Source of the DNA: a virus
Virus record (IMG/VR): IMGVR_UViG_3300045003_000080
Location: 55,830-119,829 of that record
Length of the DNA: 64,000 bases
Direction: 5' to 3' (one strand)
The notes beneath the pieces were generated by a model. That model searched no databases, was not told the origin of the DNA, and saw nothing but the letters and a program-made list of their open reading frames with translations. The first letter of the stretch is position 1. Every line of letters begins with the position of its first letter. Shown here piece after piece: positions 26,930 to 37,019 of the stretch. Both the position numbers and the translations under genes were made by a program.

Positions 26930-27343
26930 TTACCAGCGATCCCAGAGTGCTTGGTGTCGGTGGCGGCCTTCGGGTTCGAGTAGTTCGTCGAGGTCTTCGC
27001 CGGCGCGGTGGAGTTTGGCGGCGTCGCGGGTGTATTGGCGGGCTGCTGTGCGTAGGCCGCCTTCGAATTGGTTGGACCATGAGCGCCAGCCGCGTAGTCC
27101 TCCGTGTCCCCAGGTGTAGGGCCAGCCGCCCCAGTCGGGGGTGCGGTGGGCGAGGAGCTGGGGGACGCGTTTGCAGCCGGCGTAGTAGCGGAGGTCGTAG
27201 ATGACGTTCGAGATGATCCGTTCGTCTTCAGCGAGCCCGTCGCTGTTGATGTTCTCGCCGCGCCGCCACCAGTAAGCGGGGCGGATGCGGGTGGTGCGGA
27301 CGTTCCAGTGGTTGTATGGGGTGTGGTTGACGCTGCGTGCCAT
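26930..27343 (-). CDS. Arg/Trp-rich hypothetical protein
   Basis: ATG 27343 after GAAAGG; ends PEGRHRHQALWDRW. Confidence 0.7.
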   Translation of the reverse strand: MARSVNHTPYNHWNVRTTRIRPAYWWRRGENINSDGLAEDERIISNVIYDLRYYAGCKRVPQLLAHRTPDWGGWPYTWGHGGLRGWRSWSNQFEGGLRTAARQYTRDAAKLHRAGEDLDELLEPEGRHRHQALWDRW

Positions 27344-27430
27344 GGTTGGCCCTTTCGGGGCGGCCGGTGTTTCCGGCTCGGCCCCTAAGGCGGGTGGCAC
27401 TGTTTCATGTGAATCATCCTATAGTCATAC

Positions 27431-28366
27431 TCATGCGGCGAGGTGGGCCACGCCGTACGGACCACCGATCGCCGACGACAGGCCCGACCACAACCGACGC
27501 GGCCCGCCCACACTCGCTTCGGGGTACGACGCCGACACGTCGAACAAGTCGAGATCCAACACCACCCACGAATCCATCGGGTCGTAATCCGGGTGGAACA
27601 TCGGCTGATCGCAGTCCAACCCGATCACCCGCATCGTCGCGCCAGACGGGGCAAGCCGCACGTCCTGCTCGTATGGGTAGTGCAGATGCCCGTGAACGAG
27701 CAGCGTGGGCGTCACCAGGTCGGCGATCTGCTGAATCCGAACCTGGTTGCGGTAGCACTCCACCGGCTGCTTATACGTCCACCCGGGCGGCGTCGACCCG
27801 TCCGGCTTGTCGTGCGTCAAGAGCACGTCGACTCGGGTCCGGTCGCGCAGCACCCGCTCGAACTCCTCGTCGCTCGCCTCCTCCTCCGGGAACCACAACG
27901 TCCCGGACGCGTCGACGTTGACGTAGCGCAGCCCTGAGTTGCGCAGTTCGAGCGCGAGCTTGTGCGCCTGGTGTTCCTCGTCCAGGCGCATGAACTTGTC
28001 CACCGAATAGGCGCCACCGAACGCGAGGAACCGCTTGCTGCCCCACGTCCACCGGTGACCACGAGGCGCATACCGAAGGTTGGGGCGACAGATCAGGAAC
28101 CCCTCACTGTCGACGCAGTCGCCGTACTTCTCCAGCACCAACGACGTCTTGTCGTGGTTGCCGTCCAAGAAAAACACGGTGACCCCGGCCGCCTTCGCGG
28201 CCCCGTCGACGTCGTCGAAGAATCTGACGCCCTTCGCGGCGTGCTCCCACGCGCCAAAGTCCCCGACGACGAACACGATCGAGATGCCGCGTTGAGCAGC
28301 CATCCGGATCAGGTACCGCACATGCTTGATGTTGCCGTGCGTGTCGCCGGCGAGCAGGATCCTCAC
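27431..28366 (-). CDS. Calcineurin-like metallophosphoesterase
   Basis: GDTHG, GDFG, DGNHD, THD, HGHLH motifs; GTGA overlap with upstream gene. Confidence 0.9.
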   Translation of the reverse strand: MRILLAGDTHGNIKHVRYLIRMAAQRGISIVFVVGDFGAWEHAAKGVRFFDDVDGAAKAAGVTVFFLDGNHDKTSLVLEKYGDCVDSEGFLICRPNLRYAPRGHRWTWGSKRFLAFGGAYSVDKFMRLDEEHQAHKLALELRNSGLRYVNVDASGTLWFPEEEASDEEFERVLRDRTRVDVLLTHDKPDGSTPPGWTYKQPVECYRNQVRIQQIADLVTPTLLVHGHLHYPYEQDVRLAPSGATMRVIGLDCDQPMFHPDYDPMDSWVVLDLDLFDVSASYPEASVGGPRRLWSGLSSAIGGPYGVAHLAA

Positions 28367-28590
28367 GACGGCCCCAACCCGAACGCCCGCACTCGGTCGC
28401 ACGAGAGAAGACCAGCCGCGAGCAGGTCGTCGCGCACCCCCGCCATGTAGTCGGGCTCCACCGATTCGAGGTACGCGTACACCTCGTCCATCAACGTCTC
28501 AGGCACAGGCTCGCCCGGATGCTCAAGGTGGTGTTCGAGTAGCCGCATCAGCAGCCAGTTCGCGTCTACGCGGCGTGGACGGCGAGCCAT
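28363..28590 (-). CDS. Hypothetical protein
   Basis: 75 aa, coupled to neighbours. Confidence 0.6.
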   Translation of the reverse strand: MARRPRRVDANWLLMRLLEHHLEHPGEPVPETLMDEVYAYLESVEPDYMAGVRDDLLAAGLLSCDRVRAFGLGPS

Positions 28591-29264
28591 TCCAGCCCCT
28601 TGTCGGTGATGGTGTAGTCATGGCGACGCGGCCCCCCGTTTGGGGTCAGCACGTCGCCGAACTCGCCCCGAAGCAGCCCGTGTCTGGCGAGCCGGTCCAG
28701 GACGTTCGCGAACGACGACGTCGGCCGGGAGTGCAACGCCGACGCCTCCGACACGCTCATCACGACCCCGACCGGGTCGGCGAACGACGCGAGCGCTTCC
28801 CTCGCGATCGGGGTGAGCGGAAGATCAAGCACGCCGTGTTCACCCGGCCACCGGTACACCAGTTGCGGGCGCAGCAGCTGGGCGACACCGCCCGTGCCCA
28901 CGGCGTAACGCCACGGGCGCCCGTCGCCTTCGACGCTCGTGGCTTCAATGAACCCCTTGAACGAACGGGTGGGGAACTCTTCGCCGATCTCGTTGAGCTG
29001 CTCCAGCATGCCGGGTGCGGCGTAGGGTTCGCTGGTGCGGGGGACCAGGGCGACGGCGTGGTTGTACACAACCGGGCCGTTGCGGTTGCGGCCGGCTGTT
29101 TGACGCATCTGGAACACGACGTGGACGTCCGGGTCGTTCAAGGTCGCACGGAACCGGCTTTTGTCAATGCGTGGACGGGGAATCGGGGGGACGATCAGGA
29201 TCGCGCTGCTGTGTAGCGCAGGCGCCAGCTCGACGTCCGGGAGGGTTTCACAACTCGTTGTCAT
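28566..29264 (-). CDS. Hypothetical protein with C-terminal PadR-like wHTH
   Basis: LDRLARHGLL...GPRRHDYTITDKG. Confidence 0.65.
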   Translation of the reverse strand: MTTSCETLPDVELAPALHSSAILIVPPIPRPRIDKSRFRATLNDPDVHVVFQMRQTAGRNRNGPVVYNHAVALVPRTSEPYAAPGMLEQLNEIGEEFPTRSFKGFIEATSVEGDGRPWRYAVGTGGVAQLLRPQLVYRWPGEHGVLDLPLTPIAREALASFADPVGVVMSVSEASALHSRPTSSFANVLDRLARHGLLRGEFGDVLTPNGGPRRHDYTITDKGLEWLAVHAA

Positions 29265-29408
29265 GGCGGCTTCGGGAGAGAAGGGAATATGCGTAGGCGG
29301 CCCCGTGTGAGAGACAGCTGGGGCCGCCTACAGGGTTTCGCATCAGGAGCTGGCGCGTCATCGCAGCGCACCGATTGAATATTACACTGGTACTTGCGTG
29401 TGTGCACG

Positions 29409-30416
29409 TCACGGGGGTGCGTGTACCCACGGGGCGGCGCCGGTGCGCCATGCGGCGAGCGCGTTCGGGTCGTCGGCGAGTGTCCAGTCGGCGCGTTTGC
29501 CCTGCGCAAGCCCGTAGTCGAAGTACACCACGCCGACAACACGTTTATCCGCGAGAGCACCGGCGAGCAGAGCCGCGACCCACGTTGCCTTTGACGGGCC
29601 CGGCTGCGCACCCGTTTCGACGATCAACACGTTGTCGTTGGTGAAACGGGCGATCTGCTGCTCGGTGCGCCCGAACAGGGTCGGCCACGAATCCTCACCC
29701 AGCCGCCCGGTCCAGTACCCGACCAGGCCCACCCACGTCACGTACGCGTCCCCGGGCCAGTACGGGGCGAGCGCCACATCAGGCACGGGGTTGATCACGT
29801 TCGGCGTCCACACCCAGATGACGTTGTTCGCGCCGACTTTGCCGAACAGGTCGTGGATGTGGCGCCACGCCGCGACGAACGCCTGGGGGGATTCGGCTTG
29901 GGTGCCCCAGGGCTGCCAGTTGCCGTTGAACTCGTGGGCGAAACTGACCACGACCGGGTCCCGGTAGGCGGCGACCGCGTCGGCGACCCGGGTCAGATAC
30001 CCATCCTGGGTTCCGGACGCGATCGTTTCGAAACGCGTCTGGTCCGGATCCCAGTTCACCAGGGTCAGCGCCCCGTCCGCCTGGAACGTGTCGACTGACC
30101 AAATCGGGAACGGCTGCCCCCACCCCAGGTACAGTTCCGCGATCTGGGGCGACGTCCCTGTTTCCTGCGTGAACGTGGCGTACGGTCCCCACCCGGTGCC
30201 GGGTTCGGCGACCCCGAGCAGTCGGCGAAGCGGATGCGTCACGGTCGACGGGACCGGGGGCGCCGGCGAGATCGTGGGCGGCAGCGACGTCCACGTCGAC
30301 GCCCCGGGTACCCCGGGCGTGAGGGCCTGGTGGCTCAGGTAGTACAGCCATACGACCGTGACGACGCCGAACACGGCGAGCACGGCGCCGACTGCTTTCT
30401 GTTTGCGTGTCGTCAT
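29409..30416 (-). CDS. Membrane-anchored GH26-family glycoside hydrolase
   Basis: N-terminal TM; SFAHEFNGNWQPW, NVIWVWTPN, YWPGDAYVTWVG, IVETG. Confidence 0.85.
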   Translation of the reverse strand: MTTRKQKAVGAVLAVFGVVTVVWLYYLSHQALTPGVPGASTWTSLPPTISPAPPVPSTVTHPLRRLLGVAEPGTGWGPYATFTQETGTSPQIAELYLGWGQPFPIWSVDTFQADGALTLVNWDPDQTRFETIASGTQDGYLTRVADAVAAYRDPVVVSFAHEFNGNWQPWGTQAESPQAFVAAWRHIHDLFGKVGANNVIWVWTPNVINPVPDVALAPYWPGDAYVTWVGLVGYWTGRLGEDSWPTLFGRTEQQIARFTNDNVLIVETGAQPGPSKATWVAALLAGALADKRVVGVVYFDYGLAQGKRADWTLADDPNALAAWRTGAAPWVHAPP

Positions 30417-32419
30417 GGCGTCGGGGAGGGTGGTGGGGGAGTGGTGGTGATCACGGGCGGGTTCGTGACTGTCGGTGCGGGGGTGGTGGGTATCGCGAGG
30501 GCAGTGGCGGTCGATGGGGATGTGGTGGGTGTCGTCGCGGGCGCGCTCGACGCTGCCGACGCCGGGTGGCTGCTGGGGCCCGGTTTCGCCGAGCGGGTGA
30601 TCGGCGCCGCGACCAGCACCGGCGCTTTGCTGTAGGTGCTGGGTGACATGGACGGCAGGACCACGCGGGGTGCGGAGGTGGCTGCCAACGTCGGGGGTGC
30701 GATCTGTGCGACCTGGGGTACGGTCGGCAGCCCCGGCCCACGCCCGGTGAAGATCACCGCCAAGCCGATGGTCACGGCGACGACGAGGAACCCGGCCGCG
30801 ACGACCGGCAACGGGGGCAGGTGGTAGCGGTGATCGTGTCGCGCCGAGCGCACGCGGGGGATCGTGGTCACGGTGGTGTCGGTGGACGCCGGCAGGCGCA
30901 TCGTGTCGGCCAGGCTGAATGCGGGCACTGGTTCAAGCGGGTTGGGGTGGGTGTCTTCCGGGTCGTCCGGTGGCGCTGTCCATGTGACCGACGCGAGAAC
31001 CTCGCCCGGGATGGGCTTTCGGTGTTTGTCCATGCCGACTTCCACTTTCTTGCGCGTGCCCCAGTCGTTGTTGGCGCAGGTCAGCATCCCGTAGACGCGT
31101 AGCGGGCGCAGCACCAGCAGCGACCACAGCCACGAGAAGGGGGAGAGTAGGAACGTGTCGAGCTGGTAGAGAGGCGACTGATCCGAGCGCGCCACCAACA
31201 GCGAACGCACATTGCTCAGGTACGCGCTGAAGATCGCGGCCGAGAACGCCGACAGGCTCAGCCGCCCGTGCGTGGGCAGGTACAGGAACACGTATATATA
31301 GGCGGCGCTGGACACGGGCAACTGCCACCAGTTGATCAAGTTGATCCACCAGCCGTAGGAACGCACCGGCAGGTAGCGGGCCCGCCAGATCGACCGGATC
31401 GTGGAACCACGCATCCACCGGATCCACTGGCGCGTGATCGCGGACACGTTGTCGTGGTACTCGGTGAACTGGAACGCGCTCATCTGCTGGACGGCTTTGC
31501 CCCGCCCCAACGCGTACAACGTCAACAACGAATCGTCGGAGTAGCTGACCTCACGCCCCATGAACGTTTCAGCGACGTACGCGTCCACGGTTTCCCACAG
31601 AAGCTTGGCCCGGTAGCCGGCGAACGTGCCCCGATTGACCAGGACGTTGCCCCCGGTGACGTTCAGAGCGCAGCACTGCACCATCTGCCAGACCAACTGC
31701 CGCATCCCGTTGATCCGGGTGAGCACGTTCACGGCCTGGTTGCGGGCGAGTTCCACGCCCGCGACGGACTGCACGAGCCGGTCGTAGAACGGGATGAGAA
31801 TCTGTTCGATCGCGCGCCGTTCCAGGACCGTGTCGGAGTCGAGGGTGAGCACGACCCCGTCGCGCACCGAGCGGAACGTCCACGCCTGCGCGGTGCGTTT
31901 CCCTTTCTGCGCCATCAGCACCCAGTTGAATTCGATGCGCCGACCCTTGAACTTCGGCTCCCAGAAGCTACGTAGCTCCTCGTAGTTCGCGCCCCCGTCG
32001 GTGCACCCGTTGATGACGACGTCGACCCGGTTCGGGGGCCTGACCTGGTGGAACAGGGCGTACAGCACCCGGTCGACGATCTCGCGCGACTCGTTGAACA
32101 ACGGGATGTTCACCGTGACCGGCAGTTTGTCGAGGTACTCGCGTTTGCGGGCGGTCATGGTGAACGGCCGGTCGAGCCACGCGAGGATCGTCTGGTGGGT
32201 CGCGGCGAGCATCAGCACGGTCCATAGCAGCGCCTGGTGGTCGTGTCCGTGCAGCGCGAGCAGATCCTGTCCGGCCCGGTATGTGAACCACAACACGATG
32301 ATCAGCAGCGAGAGCCACATCGCGACCGGGACGCGGCGTCGGCGCAGCCGAGCGGTCGGGATCTTGTACCCGTCGGCGCTCAGCGCCGCTTCTTGGGTGA
32401 ATGTCATCTGTGTCGTCAC
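30413..32419 (-). CDS. Processive GT2 glycosyltransferase (hyaluronan/chitin synthase, NodC-like) with Pro/Thr-rich tail
   Basis: IPLFNE, GKR, TLDSDT, SDDSLLT, QWIRW (QxxRW), WGTR; multiple TMs. Confidence 0.9.
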   Translation of the reverse strand: MTTQMTFTQEAALSADGYKIPTARLRRRRVPVAMWLSLLIIVLWFTYRAGQDLLALHGHDHQALLWTVLMLAATHQTILAWLDRPFTMTARKREYLDKLPVTVNIPLFNESREIVDRVLYALFHQVRPPNRVDVVINGCTDGGANYEELRSFWEPKFKGRRIEFNWVLMAQKGKRTAQAWTFRSVRDGVVLTLDSDTVLERRAIEQILIPFYDRLVQSVAGVELARNQAVNVLTRINGMRQLVWQMVQCCALNVTGGNVLVNRGTFAGYRAKLLWETVDAYVAETFMGREVSYSDDSLLTLYALGRGKAVQQMSAFQFTEYHDNVSAITRQWIRWMRGSTIRSIWRARYLPVRSYGWWINLINWWQLPVSSAAYIYVFLYLPTHGRLSLSAFSAAIFSAYLSNVRSLLVARSDQSPLYQLDTFLLSPFSWLWSLLVLRPLRVYGMLTCANNDWGTRKKVEVGMDKHRKPIPGEVLASVTWTAPPDDPEDTHPNPLEPVPAFSLADTMRLPASTDTTVTTIPRVRSARHDHRYHLPPLPVVAAGFLVVAVTIGLAVIFTGRGPGLPTVPQVAQIAPPTLAATSAPRVVLPSMSPSTYSKAPVLVAAPITRSAKPGPSSHPASAASSAPATTPTTSPSTATALAIPTTPAPTVTNPPVITTTPPPPSPTP

Positions 32420-32549
32420 GTCTGCTCCAGTTCTTTACCGCGACGGAACCCGAACTTCGCGACGAGAGCGCCGACGACGCAGGACAGGAAACTGCCCCCC
32501 GCGACCAACACGTCTATCACCTGTTTGTGATTCAGGATCAGTGCCAGTT

Positions 32550-34067
32550 TCATGGTGTCCCCCCTGCGTGCAGTGGTGACGGATCAAGCTGCCACACCGT
32601 GTAGGGCGCGCCGGAGCCCAGGGTGTCCGGTGGCAGCTGCGCGATCGGTGTGTAGTCCCGGAATTCGCGGATCGCTGCGGTGACGACGCCGTCTTGCGGT
32701 TCGGCGCCGTCGAGGATGATCTCAGCGAACGCGCGGTGGCGCACGGCGTCGGTCAGGGCGGCGTTCCCGGTCAGGGACTGCCCGGTGGCCGGGTCGGTGT
32801 AGGTGTACGACGCGGCTTCTTTCCACTGCAGCGACGACACGTCCCCGACGTAGTATGCGGGGATCGCACTGTGGTCTTCGAGCAGGTACCGGTCGGTTCC
32901 CGGGTGTACGACCCCGGCGAGGGCGGTGATGAACGCCGGGTTCTCGTGCGGCCAGTCGACCAGGGCGCTCGCTTGGGTCGCGGTGAAACCGATCAGGATC
33001 GCAAGTCCTGCTGTGGCGAGCACGGTCGCGCGCCACCGGTGCGCACGCACGACCGGCCACAGTGCGTGCGCGGCGACGATCACCCCGAACCAGGCGCCGA
33101 ATACCACGTGTTTGTGCAGGGACACGGTGGTGCCGATCCGCGCTTGGTTGAGCGGGGCGAGGGTGACGGCGACCGCGAGGGTGGCGGCGAGCAGGGTGAC
33201 CGGTCCGAGTTTGTGGCGCAGGCCCGCGACGGCCACGCCGATGACGGCGAGCACGACGACGACACCCACCCATTGCCACGCGAGGTGTAGGACGAGCCCG
33301 GAGGGTTGGCCCATTCCGGGTTGTCGGCTGCCCCTGGCGACGGTGGTGTATGCGATCCCGGTCCAGTATTTCGGGCCGGCCAGCAGCAGTGCGGCGCCCA
33401 TGATGACGGCGACGCAGGATGCGTAGCGGATCGCTGCTTTCCATGCGTTGACGTGGTGCGCGCCCTGTAACGCGGGTGCGAGCGCCGCGAGGGCGATCAC
33501 GACCGGGTCGTAGAGCGCTGTCGCGTATTTGGTCGCGTTGGCCAGTACCAGCAGCACCGGTGAGGCGATGAACAGCCGGATGTTCGCTGCGAGGGATTCG
33601 TCGTAGGGGCGTCCGACAGCGAGTGTCGCGGCTGCCGCGAGCAGGAACAGCGCCATCGGGTCGTAGGTGGCGAACGCGGAGAGGAACTGTGTGCCGGCCA
33701 GTGACGCGAACAGCGCTGTCGCGAGGGTCGCTTCCGGGGCGCCGAACAGGGTTTTGGTGGTGCGGTACAGCAGTATGGTCGCGCCGAGCACGAACCCGAG
33801 GCCGAGCAGTCTTGCGGCGAGCAGCCCGCCCAGCGAGTCGGCTAGTGCGCCCAGGGGCGGGTACACGGCCGGGCTGCCGGAGAAGTACAGGGGGTAGTCC
33901 TGTACCACCGAACCGTGTAGCCAGTGCGCGAGCATCTGATGCCCGGAGTAGAGGTAGAGGGCCTCGTCGCCGAACGCGGAGTCGGCGTGCAGGAGCCGGA
34001 ACGAGAGGGCGACTTGGACGGTGAGGATCGCGAGCAGGGGCCAGGGAAGTCGGCGCAGGGCGGTCAT
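32550..34067 (-). CDS. GT-C fold glycosyltransferase (ArnT/PMT-like)
   Basis: TM1 followed by DEALY; FSGSPAVYPPL; KY motif; polytopic membrane protein. Confidence 0.85.
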   Translation of the reverse strand: MTALRRLPWPLLAILTVQVALSFRLLHADSAFGDEALYLYSGHQMLAHWLHGSVVQDYPLYFSGSPAVYPPLGALADSLGGLLAARLLGLGFVLGATILLYRTTKTLFGAPEATLATALFASLAGTQFLSAFATYDPMALFLLAAAATLAVGRPYDESLAANIRLFIASPVLLVLANATKYATALYDPVVIALAALAPALQGAHHVNAWKAAIRYASCVAVIMGAALLLAGPKYWTGIAYTTVARGSRQPGMGQPSGLVLHLAWQWVGVVVVLAVIGVAVAGLRHKLGPVTLLAATLAVAVTLAPLNQARIGTTVSLHKHVVFGAWFGVIVAAHALWPVVRAHRWRATVLATAGLAILIGFTATQASALVDWPHENPAFITALAGVVHPGTDRYLLEDHSAIPAYYVGDVSSLQWKEAASYTYTDPATGQSLTGNAALTDAVRHRAFAEIILDGAEPQDGVVTAAIREFRDYTPIAQLPPDTLGSGAPYTVWQLDPSPLHAGGTP

Positions 34068-34354
34068 TCGGCGTCCTGCCCTTTCTCGTCGGTGGTTTCC
34101 GGTTCGGGTTCACCCGGGGGGTACTGGTTGTAGGTGCCGCATTCGCACTGCCAGACGCTCTGCGCGACGATCTCCGGGGGCACACCCCGGGTGATGATCA
34201 CGCCGCACAGGAAGCACTTGGTGACCAAGGGCACTGCGTTGTTGGTCTCGTTCTCGCACAACGGGCCCCGGTGCATCTCGCCGTGCACGACGATGGTGTG
34301 CCTCTCGGCGAACTCGCTGCTGACGGCTCTGAGCGCGACCACTTGCATGTTCAC
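34064..34354 (-). CDS. Small Zn-ribbon protein
   Basis: CFLC...CECG. Confidence 0.6.
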   Translation of the reverse strand: MNMQVVALRAVSSEFAERHTIVVHGEMHRGPLCENETNNAVPLVTKCFLCGVIITRGVPPEIVAQSVWQCECGTYNQYPPGEPEPETTDEKGQDAE

Positions 34355-34704
34355 CGGTTGTCGTCCTTCCCGATGTACTCGTCGAGCAGTTCCGAGTAGC
34401 CGTCGATGGTTTCCGTCAGTTGCCCGGTACGGAACAGTCGCGCTATCTGCGCCGCCATGTCGGGGCCCGCCTCGTCGAGAACCGCGTCAAGTTGCTGTCG
34501 TGTCGCGTCCAGGACGGCTTGGCTGTGTGCGCGGCGCCACCACAGGGGGCGCCCTTCGTACAGGGCGTAGATGGTCAGGACGGCGCTGCCGATGCCGGCC
34601 AGGCGGGCGGTCGTGGCGTCGTGGCGTAGCGCGGCGATCGTGGCGGTGAACGCGAAGGCGATTCCCGGTGTGAACACGTCCAGCCGCCCGAGTAGCCGCC
34701 TCAT
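34351..34704 (-). CDS. Small membrane protein
   Basis: ATGA overlap at 34701-34704; two TMs. Confidence 0.6.
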   Translation of the reverse strand: MRRLLGRLDVFTPGIAFAFTATIAALRHDATTARLAGIGSAVLTIYALYEGRPLWWRRAHSQAVLDATRQQLDAVLDEAGPDMAAQIARLFRTGQLTETIDGYSELLDEYIGKDDNR

Positions 34705-34937
34705 TGCGGCCCCTTGCGGTCGATGTGGGTGGCGCTGTAGGCGAGGTCGCCGGCTGCTGCGACGACGAGCATATACACGGGCCAGGGCAGGTCGGCGATC
34801 CATGCGAATCCCCAGCCCAGGGCGATGGCGCACAGCATGAGGGCTATGCCGGCGTGGTCGCCGGTGGTGGTGTGGGCTTTGTGGGATGCGGGTTTCGGCA
34901 AAGGTGTTGATACATTCCGCGCGTGCGGAACCCCCAT
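34701..34937 (-). CDS. Small membrane protein
   Basis: ATG 34937 after GGAGG; two TMs. Confidence 0.6.
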   Translation of the reverse strand: MGVPHARNVSTPLPKPASHKAHTTTGDHAGIALMLCAIALGWGFAWIADLPWPVYMLVVAAAGDLAYSATHIDRKGPQ

Positions 34938-35262
34938 GGCGTGTTCCTCCCCCCTCAACCTGTGGTCATGGGTGTGTTGCGGCGTGCGGATTCGACGTCG
35001 TGTTCTAAACGCATGGAGTCGGTGAATTCGGCGCACAACCGTGCGACTGGCTTCATACCAGCTCCCCCCTTTCGCGCTATACAATTATGTCAAGCCGTTC
35101 CCCAGTGCACGCCGGGAGCGGCGTGGTTGCGGGGAGTGAGCGCCCCCACGTTACTGCTGACGGGGCGTCACGGAACCCCTTGTGACAGATTCGTCACACA
35201 ACTTGCGCGGGAATGCCAATCGGGGCCGCCTTCATGTGCGAAGCGACCCCGACCGGCTACGC

Positions 35263-36171
35263 TCAGTGCAACACCGACAAGGGCTTGGGGTAGCGCTGTG
35301 GCGCCCTGCCACCAGCCGCAAACCGAATGTATTCGACGCGCCTGCCGACGCGGTAGTGCTCCCACGCCACGAACACCCATGCGAGCCGAAGCCAGGTGGG
35401 CACCCGTTCCTTCGTGGCCCGCTTGTTCTCCAGCACCTGCCTGAGCGCGTACACCGGGTCGCCCCGCTTGATGTCCTGCCCGTCGATGAGGCGCTCCAGA
35501 AAATCCACGCTGTCCTCAGCGTCGACCTGGTCGAGCACGTACGCGGCGAGCATGCCGGCGCTGGCCGGGATGCGGGTGGCGCGGTAGATCTGCCAGCCGC
35601 GCGTCTGCAGGTCCGGGGCCAGGGGTTCCAGGCGCTCCTCCCACAGTTCCAGCAGCTCCGGCACCGACGGGTTGCCCTTGCTGCCGCCTTGGGCCTCGCG
35701 CAGGTCCCCGTCGTACATGTCGTACTCCCACATCAGCCGTGTCCAGGCGGCCAGGTTGCGGGTGTCGCCGTGTCCGGCCATGCGCAGCTCGTCCGCGAGG
35801 GTCCGCTTGCGCCCGATGTCGATGGTGCGCCGCACTTTGGGGTCCAGGCCGCGCACGATGATCACGGGGATCGAGAATTCGGCTTCGCCTTCGGCTTGTA
35901 GCAACTCGTTGGCGCGGATGAACGCGTGGACACGGTGTTGGCCGTCGAGGAACCTGCCGTTCACGTCGAGCCGAAGGGTGTCGCCGTTGAACAGCCACCT
36001 GTCGCCGAGCAGGTTGCGCACGTGGCGCTCGACCTCTTCGAGGCTGACGCGCCTGTTGGCGGCGTTGGCGTCGATCAGCTCGCGGGCGAGTTTGACGGTG
36101 AGGCGTTCGGTGGAGTGGGTGACGCCGACCGTGCTGATGGGTTCGGGCCTGGCGCATGAAGGTGTGGCCAT
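35263..36171 (-). CDS. ParB/Srx-superfamily (DGQHR motif) protein
   Basis: NRRVS...WLFNGDTL...LDGQHR...IDIGRKRT. Confidence 0.8.
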   Translation of the reverse strand: MATPSCARPEPISTVGVTHSTERLTVKLARELIDANAANRRVSLEEVERHVRNLLGDRWLFNGDTLRLDVNGRFLDGQHRVHAFIRANELLQAEGEAEFSIPVIIVRGLDPKVRRTIDIGRKRTLADELRMAGHGDTRNLAAWTRLMWEYDMYDGDLREAQGGSKGNPSVPELLELWEERLEPLAPDLQTRGWQIYRATRIPASAGMLAAYVLDQVDAEDSVDFLERLIDGQDIKRGDPVYALRQVLENKRATKERVPTWLRLAWVFVAWEHYRVGRRVEYIRFAAGGRAPQRYPKPLSVLH

Positions 36172-36238
36172 AGTTGTTCCTGGTGATTGGTGTGACGAAT
36201 GTGATCGATGTGACGCACGGCACCGTACGCGCGCAGTC

Positions 36239-36263
36239 TTATCATGTCAAGTTGACGTGATAA
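36239..36263. promoter_or_regulatory. Palindromic operator / back-to-back -35 boxes in a divergent intergenic region
   Basis: TTATCATGTCAA-G-TTGACGTGATAA (one mismatch). Confidence 0.65.
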
Positions 36264-36335
36264 TCGGACCAGGTACGGGGCTGTTTCGCTCTACTCCACG
36301 CGTTGACGAAACGCAGCAACACAACTCGTTGACGC

Positions 36336-36365
36336 TTGACAGCGTAAGGGAGCCGTCGCTAGCTT
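36336..36365 (+). promoter_or_regulatory. Sigma70/HrdB-like promoter
   Basis: TTGACA-N18-TAGCTT upstream of AAAGGAGG and ATG 36404. Confidence 0.6.
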
Positions 36366-36403
36366 CATAGGCAGCCCTATTTATTAAAGGAGGACGCCGC
36401 CCA

Positions 36404-36910
36404 ATGGAGACACCCGTCGTCGTCAAGCCGTACGTACGCAGCTACCGGCTCGCGACCATCGGGGACTTCCAAACCTGGCACGGCGACAGGAACCGGCAGA
36501 ACGCCCACATCCGCACCAAGAGGCCCTGGTTCCCCCCTGCGCTGCAGGTCGTGGGCGGCAGAACCCCGGTATGGCACGCACGCACTGCCGCACTCGCCCA
36601 CCTGAACCACGGCTTCGACCTACCCGGACTGCCCGAGGCCGTGCGGGAGCTGCTTGACGGCGACGACTACGACGTGCCCGCCCTGTGCGGCAACCTTGAG
36701 ATCGGCGAATGGCTCGGCTACGCCCGTGGCAGCGTAACCTATCTCACCCAGTTGGAATGGTTCATCCTGCCCTACGACACCGTCTCCGCGAAAAGCTCGA
36801 TCCCCGCATACGTCGAAGCGGACGCGATCGCGGTCCTCATGGAGCACGGGAAACTGTCCGACGAGGCGATCGAAACCCTCAAAGCGCAGGGCAAACTACC
36901 CAAAGACTAA
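36404..36910 (+). CDS. Hypothetical protein, possible DNA-binding regulator
   Basis: Strong RBS; two weakly similar halves (WFPPAL...PVW / WFILPY...PAY). Confidence 0.7.
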   Translation: METPVVVKPYVRSYRLATIGDFQTWHGDRNRQNAHIRTKRPWFPPALQVVGGRTPVWHARTAALAHLNHGFDLPGLPEAVRELLDGDDYDVPALCGNLEIGEWLGYARGSVTYLTQLEWFILPYDTVSAKSSIPAYVEADAIAVLMEHGKLSDEAIETLKAQGKLPKD

Positions 36911-36912
36911 AC

Positions 36913-36942
36913 GGGTCCCGTGTCGGCGCCGACACGGGACCC
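36913..36942. terminator. Perfect 30-bp palindrome between convergent genes
   Basis: GGGTCCCGTGTCGGC|GCCGACACGGGACCC. Confidence 0.7.
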
Positions 36943-37019
36943 TGACGTGCCGCTCCAGCCCAAGGGGGGGTGGACCCGTGCGGCACACACCCGTCGGAGA
37001 CTCAGTCTCGACAACGGGA

